A stretch of DNA of 64,000 nucleotides, from positions 58,219 through 122,218 of the forward strand of contig ADNK01002131.1 of NCBI GenBank assembly GCA_000320545.1. The letters run 5' to 3'. The first letter of the stretch is position 1. Each line of letters opens with the position of its first letter. The notes under the pieces are model-generated. The model was not told the origin of the DNA, made no database searches, and saw only the letters and a list, made by a program, of their open reading frames with translations. The position numbers were made by a program, and so were the translations under genes. This document shows, one piece after another, positions 10,553 to 20,793 of this stretch. Source of the DNA: Bigelowiella natans CCMP2755 (lineage: Eukaryota > Protista > Cercozoa).

Positions 10553-11338
10553 ATGCACCCCAACCCCTTTTTCAAAGTTGCATGGTGGAACGTCAGAGGC
10601 CTCAATGGCAAAGTGGCTCTTTCTCACAAACTCACTTTGGACGAGAAATTGGATGTTCTTTTTTTGGTGGACACCCAATTCCCTTTGAACAAAACAGCAG
10701 CACCAAAAACCCACCAATGGACCCCATTCCCCACTGCCTTTTCCGGCCCGCACGACTCCAAGCGCGGGATGGGAATGCTCCACAAATCAAAAGCCTCCAT
10801 TGTCCAGGCAGGCCTTCACGATGTCTGGATTGCAGCAGAGGCATCAACACCGATCCTCCTGCATGCTGCTCACTGGCCATGTGCGGGAGACCCTCTGCAC
10901 GACCAAGCACGCAACGAATTCACGGTTTCGGCTCGCGCCGTGATGCCCCACCACAAGTCAGTTCTGTCGGCAGGAGATTTCAACGCTCGTCTCTCCTCCG
11001 ACAGGGACACAACAACCAATCCCCAGGGTTCCAAGGTGCTGGAGGCTGCCTCTGCCCTGGGCCTTCTTCACTGGGATGTGGACCTCAATGTTTTGTGCGG
11101 CCCGTGCTCCAGAGAAGTGGAACTTGAATCGCCGACTGGCACCATCATGCAGCGGTCCACGCCAGATCACGGCTTCTGCAACGAAGCTGCTGCACTCATC
11201 ACATCAGACACCCACGTTTCCCCACACAACTGCCTCAGCGACCACCGCCCCTTGGTGGCTTCCCCAGCTGTGACAGCCTCCCCCAACCTCCATCTCGTTT
11301 CGGGGTCGTGGGACAACACCATCAAAATTTGGCGATGA
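10553..11338 (+). mobile_element. 5' part of LINE-like ORF2: apurinic-type endonuclease (EEP/APE) domain, truncated before any RT domain
   Basis: Canonical APE motifs in order: WNVRGLN, LDVLFLVDT, AAHWP (YxP), AGDFNAR, STPDH (DY), SDHRPL. Directly follows ORF1 as in LINEs. Confidence 0.85.
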
Positions 11339-11858
11339 ATGAATGGGTGGTGTCTTGAGCAGCTGATGCAAGTGGTGAGATGGTGAAAGGAAATGGCAGG
11401 AGGGTGGAGAGGACGGAACGGGATCAGAAGGAAGATGAAAGGAGGAACGGAACAAAGTGCATGGGTGTCGTCATGCAGTGCCATGCAGTTTGGAGATGAG
11501 ATTCGTTGGTCAGCGTCACCTAGCTTGCCAACTAGTTTGGACCGACGAACTGCTTTGATGGGGTCCACCCGCGCGCATGAGGATGGTTGGGGTCAGGGGG
11601 AAAGGGAAAATTCAATCAACAACACTTTGAATCAGAGTCCTCCATCCAACGTTCCTGGAATCACTTGAGAAATGATGGGGACATGGATGGATGGGATGCG
11701 AATTGCCAGCAGCAACAATGACTTTGAGAGTCGCTCTGCGTCACCACAGCTGTTGGTTTCCATCCTGCGTGTGCGTCCACGTGTCGTGCATGCATGTGGT
11801 CATTTCACTGACTTGCAGACAGCACGCAGCGCACGTTCCGCACAATGCAAGCCGCGCA

Positions 11859-12375
11859 GGAATTCCTTGACGGTCAAAGCGGTGCACACGTGTGTTGTTG
11901 ACATGTGCAAAATCTTCGAGATCTCTGAGAGGTTTTGACTTGGATGATGGTGACATCTGACACACGTGTGCCGTTTTGACGGTCAAAGCGGTGTTTTTGA
12001 AAAATTTCAAGATTTTCGATGGCAAGTCTTCTGATGGGAGAAAAAAATGAAGTGCAAAGTGCAAGGTGCAAGGTGCATGTGTGAGAACTGTGTGCATCAT
12101 CATTTTTTTTCAAACGTGAAGTGTGAAAACATGTGCACAATGCAAACATGCATGTGCATGTGTGCACCTTGCACCTTGCACTTTGCACTTCATTTTTTTC
12201 TCCCATCAGAAGACTTGCCCTCGAAAATCTTGAAAACTTTCAAAAACACTGCTTTGACCGTCAAAACGGTGCATGCATGTCAGATGTCACCATCATCCAA
12301 GTCAAAACCTCTCAGAGATCTCGAAGATTTTGCACGTGTCACACGTGTGCATCGCTTTGATCGTCAAGGAATTCC
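11859..12375. mobile_element. Fold-back MITE-like element with about 215-bp terminal inverted repeats and internal direct repeats
   Basis: ggaattccttgacg at 11859 is the reverse complement of cgtcaaggaattcc ending at 12375. Arms are highly similar over about 215 bp. ttgacggtcaaagcggtg occurs twice per arm. Flanked by ca on both sides. Confidence 0.85.
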
Positions 12376-14809
12376 CACGCGAACACGATCCACTTTCCTT
12401 GAACTGGAGATGTGGGGAACATGGAGGATCATTGTGCAAATTGTTCGGATTTCATTGAGTCCAAAGGCTGACGTGGAGGAACATCAGAATGTTTCGACAT
12501 CTTGATCCCGACCACCCGGCGACCAAAAACACGTTGACATTGCACGTTCACAGAGAATGCAATGTCAGAATGATTCAATGATGCCTCATCAAAGAGTGTC
12601 AGTGAGCATCGAGTAGCTGTTGGCTTTGTTTGCATGAAAATGACGGCTGGTAGAAAGTGCGTGCCATTGCGGACAACTGCAATCATTGCGTCGTGTGCGC
12701 CAGAACACGTTTGCGTCATTGTTTGGCTGGATTTGGGGAAATGTGGGATGATTGTTTGCATGGTGAATGACAGAGCAATCCTGACTGTGTGACTGTGGAC
12801 ACAGTGCATGTCATGCACGTGTCATGCACATCACACGTGCGCATGTCCATTGTGTGGCTGACCGTCACCACCTTCGAATTCATGGTGATCGTCGAATTGT
12901 TTCCAAATCATGGTGCCCAAGCAGAATTCTGTTCAATGTCAGAGTCTCTTTCTTGCTGGGACAGCAAGTGATCGATTTCCTCACCACATTGCATCCGACA
13001 CAGTCTGACAACTTCTCCTGATGAGCAGCACGTGGCACACCAATTGGGAGCCGCCCATCACCGCATCATGATTTCTGTCGATGACATGCTTCCGCCCAAA
13101 TCATGGCACATCTAGACATGCTTCTTGGTGGTTCTGGCTTCAACTTTGCGGCCAATTTGAACCCAATCACGATCATTCAATGTTTGAAACAATGCACTCA
13201 TTCTGGGGATGGGAGTTGTGAATTCAATTCATTCAATGGGATGCATCGGAACACTGCTAGACTGGTGACTGCAAAATTTTTCTGGGCTGCATGGAGACAA
13301 GCTAGCAAGTTGCGACGATTTCAGGGGCTGCTGTCTTCTGTTGCAATTGCTTCCCACCACCAATGAGACTCAGAGTGCTTCTTCTCAGAAGCAATCGCAA
13401 CGTCATGAGGAAAGATGCTTTGCAAGATGTGCCACGAAAACCACAACGAAAAACTGGAAGTTCAAGTGCAAGCACGGGAACAATTGGCGTCAGTGTTCCA
13501 AGAAATATCATCGAGTTTGAGGCAAGAAACGAAGCCAAATTGTGGACAGAAAGTCCAATTCAAGAGTCACCGCTGCATCCAAGATTCCAAACAGAAGGAA
13601 ATGGGGGAGAAGACAAGACGACACGCAAATTGTTTCTTTCAATTTGGACCTCCGCAACGATGGCCATTGCGGCCATTTTCAACTTTGGGCATCTAGCACA
13701 CTTCCAATTCCAGGATCCAGACCGATCTCATGCAGACCAAGCTGGCAAGCCCAGTTTCGACAATCGCGAGGAGAGCACCAAGCTAGCAAGGAAGCCCAGA
13801 ACGTTTTGCCAATGTTGTTTCTCTTTTGGGTGCTGTCTCAGCTGGCGGTGCCTGCATGACCTTGTGCACAACACCGGCTTCAAATGCAGCACGCGCATTC
13901 ATGCTCAATCAATGTTGTTGCTGCTGCAATTTTCAAAACACTCCACTAGCTAGCTAGCTTCATCGAAGAACTTGATTTTGGAGAAAGACAAACAGTGCGG
14001 TCATTCAGTTGTCATTTGACATGAATCAGCTCAAAAGCAAGTTTCCAAAGCTAGAAAGGCAAGAACTGAAAAAGACCAAAGCATGATTGCCAGATTGGCC
14101 AACGTCAAAATTGTCAAAATTGCAAAAGGGTGCCTCCAGACCTTGCTCCTCACTGCTAGCTAGCTAGACTGTGGCGCTACTAGGCTAGCATGTGACACCA
14201 TTGTTGCAATTGCAGTGCTTGCGTTTGCCAGTTTGGTGTGTAGTCTCTCGCTTGCTGCAATGAGAAATCTCCATTTTTGTTCATTTGACAATTGATTTTT
14301 CAAATGAAAATGTCTAGACTAGATCTGCTGTTTGTCAATCATCCAAAAGTGTGTTTCGCGTTCAATTTGGAAATCATCACATGCAACAGCTAGATCTAGA
14401 GATGTAGCGAAAAGGTTAGACTCACATTGCACACGCACCCAGCTAGCCAGCGAAACAAACGCGAGCGACAATGCTAGATTGCAAACTGAAAATGACACAA
14501 AATTTATCAATTGGTACCAAATTAATTGTGCTTGATTGGAAGTATCTCAAACAAATTCGAGTAGCTGCCCTCGCGTGCACAAGTTCCACATTTCGTACGC
14601 GACACGTGTGATTAACTCATGCTAAACTAGTAATATTTGATTCAGAGTGTTGCTGAATTGCTGCAAATATCATCTCTAAATGTAAAAGTAAGCACAATGA
14701 GCGTTTTGGATGTAATACTTCCCAGGTTTTACGGATTTCAGTGAACTATTTGAAAAATCTATACCACCGATCACAGTACCAGAGTACCACCAATGTTTCT
14801 CATAGAAGA

Positions 14810-17125
14810 TCATACATCGCTTTCCCATCCATCATCATCATCATCATCATCATCGTCATCATCATTTTCGGCCTGCATTGTTTTTCCCACTCCATGTTTT
14901 GATTCCTTTGTTTTTTTTCCCCCTTGGAGAGGCGAAGTCTCTTTTGTTTCTTGAAAAGGTAAATTGATTGAAATAGAATCAGATTTATTACTCTCTTTAT
15001 GGGGTATACTGAACATTGCAGCTCGATGCCTGTATGCAAAATACATTGATGGACTTTTACAAAATGATGAGCGACGAAAACTACCTTTTCAGTTTTTCTC
15101 GCAACATATCCATTAAGCTTCCACCTCCTGAAGCTGGAGAGGAATGTGACTGTTTTCCTTTATTCTTTGATTTTCTTGGTTTTGCTTTCTTCAGCTTCTT
15201 TCCTTTCCTTATATCTTCAAGTAAACTTGATCGTCCATCTCCAATTCCAAGAGTTGGACTAGGTTCCAGCTTATTGGTGTTTCCAGAGTCTTCATGGTCT
15301 ATTATCTCTGCTTCAGGTTTTTTAATCTGCTTTGGTGACTCTGAGATAGCTCGTGGGAAGTTTTGCTCAGGTAAAAAATCATGTTTTTCTATTTCTTCTT
15401 TGTTACTAACTGGTATGTTTTGAATTTTTGGTGAAGGATCTGCAGCACTTTCAATTAGGTTGATATTGGAAGGAGTGGATGGAAGAAGCTTTATCTCCGG
15501 AAGAGTAGTTTGATCGACGATTTCTGGCATTGTTGTCATATTTCTTGGTGCAAGGACTATCTGATGAACTTTAAATTTTGTTTCCAGAGAAATATCCTCG
15601 AGACTAAGATTTGAAGGTGCTATCGACAATCCAATGTGATTGCTATTTCTATGCACACAATAAAATTAATTCAAATTACTATTCATCACAAGAATTACAA
15701 GATTTTACAGTGTAATATCTTCGGCAACATTGGGAAGATTTAAGCTTGGCAAGTCGATTGTAGGTAGATCTAACAAGGTACAAATGTGAATAACAAACAA
15801 AACTCTCCTAATTTAATTTTTGCGGCGTACCCTCTTCATTCAATGTCGGCATAAAACCAAGTTGCTTTAATCCTCCCTCAAATTTCAATTCAAAATCCTC
15901 GCCGAAGGTACTCGGAGCATCCTTTCAGAGGAAAATTTCAAAATGTTCCATCTAAATGCATATGTGACATTATACCGCGAGAGGATTCTCGTCCTCCAAA
16001 TCCTAAATTATTAAGTAATGTTTATCTGAATCAATATTTCGGTAAATATCGTAAAATGTAACCCTAGTCTTCTCCTTTTTGAGAAGCGAAGAGAGCAGAT
16101 TATCGAATGTGGCGTAATTTTGATATGGATTTTCATCAGAATTGAAAAGCAACATTGAATCCACAGAAGACAAATTCGCAGGAAGCCTTCCCAGCCCTTG
16201 ACTAGTTGCGTTTCCATCTTGGTATACTTTTCGCTTGATGAGTTTTTCGCTCATTCGATCATCGACAAACTTATAATCACAAATGGGTCTCAGAGTATGT
16301 TAGCTAGCTGACTTGGAAAAAATTCAGGTGCTTACATTTTGTTCCACGCGTTCAACCAGATTTAGGAAAAGGGCGGTTGTAGTGGCTCGCACAGCAGGAG
16401 TGAGCATTGACATGGGGAGGTCAAGACCATATTGTCTGCTAGACAATTTCTTTTCAGTTTCTTTACGGAAAATTAAATTCAAAAATGGAATACTTCCTTC
16501 CCAAGTCAGGCGATGTTCGCTTCCCAACGAACATACAAGGATAGTCACTGTAAGTCATTTAAGAGAAAAGATTAAGTTGCAAATCAACCAATCGCAAGTC
16601 AAGAAACAAAGCTTATTCACCATATTTTCTCTGTACTTGGATATTTTGAATAAGAGAATACTGTTGTTGCTTTCTTGGCACCTCTCTCGGAAATAAATCT
16701 TATCTGATTGGATGCATAGTTAAAAACGACTAAAATTACAAAAATATATTCCTAAACCTTCTCCTCACATGGCCCTATTCTTGAACACATGTTATCAATT
16801 TGACCACGACAGAATTTAATTCTTGTAGAAATCCTTGCAAAGGCATCATCTATGATTTCCTCCAAATTTGATAGTGCATCTAGGGCCTTGAATTATGAAT
16901 GTAAATGCTGGTCAATGAAATTCCGATTCATTAAAAAATTCATTCACTTAATTGAACACCTCAGTTATTGACGCTGCTGTTGGGAGATTGTGATCTATTG
17001 GAACTAAAGACAATTCAGTCATAAGTTCTTCGAAGCGTTAAATAGTTAACAGTACCATGGATGTTATACATCCTCTCAGCGAAAAGCGGCACTTCGCTGC
17101 TGCTCCCCCTCCTGCTCTCCTCCAT
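14810..17125 (-). CDS. WASH1: WASH complex subunit 1 (multi-exon; 5' end approximate)
   Basis: WAHD motifs DALSNLEEIIDDAFARISTRI (about 16760-16900) and GLGRLPANLSSVDSMLLFNSDENPYQNY (about 16100-16200). WH2 SLLEDIRKGKKLKKA, central GGSLMDMLREKLK, acidic tail DDDDGWESDV ending TGA at 14810. Confidence 0.85.
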
Positions 17126-17289
17126 GTTCTCCTTCTTCTTCTTCTCCTTCGTAGTGTGGTCCAAGGACCGCGCAGTTTGGAAGAAATGAACAATGAACAA
17201 TGAACAATGAACAATGAAATGATATCAGGGCAAAAAGAACAACAAATCGCCTGCAAAATACTTGAGTAAAGCGGTGCTGCTACTTCCGC

Positions 17290-18670
17290 TTCAGGGTAAC
17301 TTGGGTTGTCGTAGAGGGTAAATACAAGTGTTACTTCCAAAGAAATTGAGGGATCCTTCTCCCGCAACTAATTTCCTTTTTGGAATGTCGCACAAAGCAT
17401 TCCCCACCGGTGAGTCTTGTTTGTCAGCAAGATGTCGCACAAAACGATTCTCCGCTTGTTTGTTGTGCTGCTTCCATTTGCCAACGGATACGAGCATAGG
17501 CGCAAGACCGTTTGAAGGATTTATAGGAAAGAGTGTCTTGCAGTTATTAGGTACGACACAATAAATTGTCACAATCTGGAATGGAATTGGCATTTGGACA
17601 AAATTACACATCCTCAACGATCCTTTCTTTTACACACAACTCGAAACTATCTGCCTGCACTGATGCCACGACGAATTATCAAACGAACTGATCGACGAAA
17701 TCGTCCATCGAATGCGCCCTGGGACCGGCCAGCTACTCCTCCGAGAGGAAAGGTGACGGTCGCCATTTCATCACTTACATGTCCAGCAGTTGGATCATTA
17801 TGAGCTGCTATCTCAGGCGCATCTGAAGAAGGGTTCAAAAGTAGTTACACCTCCATGGAAAGTCCGATCAGTTTCCACTATTCCGACGAGAAGAATCAAG
17901 AATGATCACCCCTCTAGTCCACCGTGGGCTACTGACCTTCATTTATCTTCTTCACGTCTTGTCCCTTTAAACAAAACATTTGGGTATTGCCATCTATCTC
18001 CATTTTTCTAGACCGTCTTCTTGATGGATAGAACATCTCATCTTATCAGGGGACGAAGAGGAAGCTGCATGACTAAATTTTCGACAAATAATGTACAATC
18101 TATAGGGATAATGTACCTTTTTTAGGGAATAAACAATCTTCTGTTGATGTGACGAATTGCAATTTTGGATTTTAGAATCAGCCAAGATCTCCTTTGGTAG
18201 TCCTGGGAAGCAAACTAAATCAAAGGAAAAAGATGTACTCTACCACGGTTGATTTGAAAGTTTACATAGCATAAATTCGCATAATAGTACACTAAAATTG
18301 TCTGTGACCTCATTTTTTAGACTGGAAAGTCCAACTCCAACTTTCTTTCTTCACGACCAGTAACAATTTTAAGATCTGGAAGACAGATATTCTTATTAAA
18401 TTAGTGATTTTGCATATTGCAGATATACGATGATGTATTACCAAGTCGCAAGAAAATAGTTTTGCTGCAGAATATTGTGAGTCTTGCTGTAGTAAAATTT
18501 CACGCCTATCTAATATATTTATATTTTTCTTCAAACTAGCACAAAGGTGAAGAAATAGTTCACAAACCTGGAAAGAAAATTGTCCCGGAAATGAAGTGCA
18601 GCAAACCATCTGTTCCACGTGCACAAGGAAAAAAAAAGGTTTTGTATAATGTGTAGCACCTTTCAAGCTT
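17290..18670 (-). CDS. Possible multi-exon gene of unknown function
   Basis: Several minus-strand open frames with plausible composition (17291-17617, 17647-17838, 18310-18666). No motif recognised and structure not resolved. Confidence 0.25.
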
Positions 18671-19399
18671 TCGCAACCTCCTTGAATCCCTTCAGTATCA
18701 TTATTAGTATCCTATTGTAACTTTTGCTGGATCATTTCTTTGATTTAAATATTAAAAAGATCCCTACTCCAAAGTCAAGCTCTATGCAACAATGGTCACA
18801 AAAAAACAATCGAATTATAAACTGGAGACCTCTGAATGTTAGGTATGAAAGAATTTTCCATAAAATGATTCAACATTATGTGAATACATGCTAATTTACA
18901 GACGTCGTAGAGAACTACAAGCTATTTCAAAACAAACGGTTAGTATTTTTGAGTAATGACATCCCATTTATTTGTCATTTTAGAACAAATACCATTTATA
19001 GGTTGACGTTCGCAAACAGAATAGAGAAAACATTGGTCCACTAACAAAAGTTGTGGGAGCAAGAACTCAAAAGATAGTTACTTCAAGCAAAAAGTGCACC
19101 TACTACAGTAGTCGGAACATTAGCAATGTGACGTTTGGCTAAACAATTAGCATGCAGCTTCAGAATTTTGATGTATTCTCATCATGTCGTCATTGGACGC
19201 AAAACGTGCAGATTTGTTACATTTTGCAAATTTAAAGTATTGAACGAACAATCGTAAAGTAAAACCAAACCTGACACCTCATTTCATGCGGATCGATCAT
19301 TTGCATCTTTAAATTCCATCTAAAAACCTTGACATCGGGCCTGGGATTGATGAGATAGATTACATGCAAACATCGATCAAGTGTGATGCATGTATTGCT

Positions 19400-20570
19400 A
19401 GATTGTCATGCTAGTATGGCACTGGCCACAACTTTATGCCAGCATGCGGTGCAGCTAGCTAGACAGATGACCAACACTAGCAACAATGCAACAAAATGTT
19501 TTTGTTGCTTTGCAGCACAGCTAGCTAGCTAGAGTGGTTTGTTGGTTATAACTGGACAACTCTAAAACTCTAGAACTAGACAATCTAGCTAGCTAGCAAT
19601 GCTAGAATGACGACATCCAGAACCAGAGAACACTGCTAGACTGTAACATCAAACGAACATTGAACTTCGATAGTTCGTCTAGTCGTGTTGTGGCAAAACT
19701 GAACCATCAATTATATCAAGCTATGCTAGCTAGCCAGTCTAGCAGTGTGCTACAATGCTGGCTAGCTAGTATGCTGCAATGCAGGCTAGCTAGCTCTGAG
19801 CTAGCATGACTAGAGCATGCCAGCATGAATGCAGCGCGTGCGCAAAACCCGAATGGAAACCCAGCTAGCCAGCTAGCCAGCGCTAGCAGCGTTTGCGTGC
19901 AGCAGCTCCCACCAACAACTCACTAGCTAGCTAGCATTCATTAACATTCCAGAACTGGACAAATCCTGAATGAATGATGAGCCGGACAAACTAGCAAAGC
20001 ATCATGCTCATCACTGGAAAGTGGGAACAAGCTCTAGAGCTAGCAAGCTAGCAAGTGAGCAGAAAAAAGCTAGCTAGCGCTGGCCAGCAAACGATCCGTT
20101 GGTGGTGCTTGTCATGGAAGTCTAGAAGTGCCCACAGCTGGACAGTGCTAGAGTGTTGGTCACTCTCCGCGGCGCTTCATCAAACTCAAAGTGGTGCGTT
20201 TGTTGCCAAGAAGAGGGAAAATTGGACACTTTTGGACCACATTGAACATTGAACATTGAAGCAAACATTGAACATTCTAGCATCGACTAGATTGAAATGA
20301 GCATTGATGCAAAACAACGTGCAAGAACCACAGTTGGACACAGTCACCTTGGAAACACACGTGCTGGCATGCTGGCATGCCACGTTCAATCGTCCGATTT
20401 GCATCTCTAAATCTGGTCACCTCTAGACCTCCAAATCTTGCTAATGATCTCTGCACGATGTTGACCAGCAAGTTTGCAGGCACGCAGGAATCCTTTCTGG
20501 ATCCATCGATGCCCTTTGAACTGAACATTGCCCCTGCTCCATTGAGCAGTGCCAGAGTGGGCGACCGAGT
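19400..20570. other. TpA-depleted, CTAG-enriched block 3
   Basis: In 19790-20570 about 20 TA lie in CTAG and only about 4 in other contexts (by eye). No recognisable coding sequence. Confidence 0.8.
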
Positions 20571-20793
20571 AGAGTGGTAATTCATCGGTACAACAAAAGT
20601 TCTACCTGCCAACATGTGAAATCGATTTTCTTACGACAATATGAATTTGCCAGATCACTATCATGCGAAAAACATCGTAAAATAACCGTTAATAATATGC
20701 TTTGTCGCAGCTAAAAAGCGGAACCCGGAAGCCATCCCCTGCCACGTCCTCCTTTGGGCTCGGCCCCTTCAATCTCATCCTAGGAGGCGCTCT

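Larger units (their letters stand above)
7780..14500. other. TpA-erased hypermutated block 2 (nested TE relics)
   Basis: No TA found in 9212-11520 and very few elsewhere, mostly CTAG. CpG is plentiful. ORFs lack Tyr and end in TGA. Normal TA density resumes at about 14505. Confidence 0.92.

Noticed and set aside
8006-11338. Alternative genetic code or foreign codon bias explaining Tyr-free ORFs
   Set aside because: TA is absent in all frames and in non-coding parts, and neighbouring host genes use Tyr and TAA/TAG normally.
1090-14500. CpG methylation decay or classical RIP as the cause of TG/CA richness
   Set aside because: CpG is common in the blocks and TA is missing; RIP would create TA. 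Some CG/TG differences exist, so a minor CpG contribution is not excluded.
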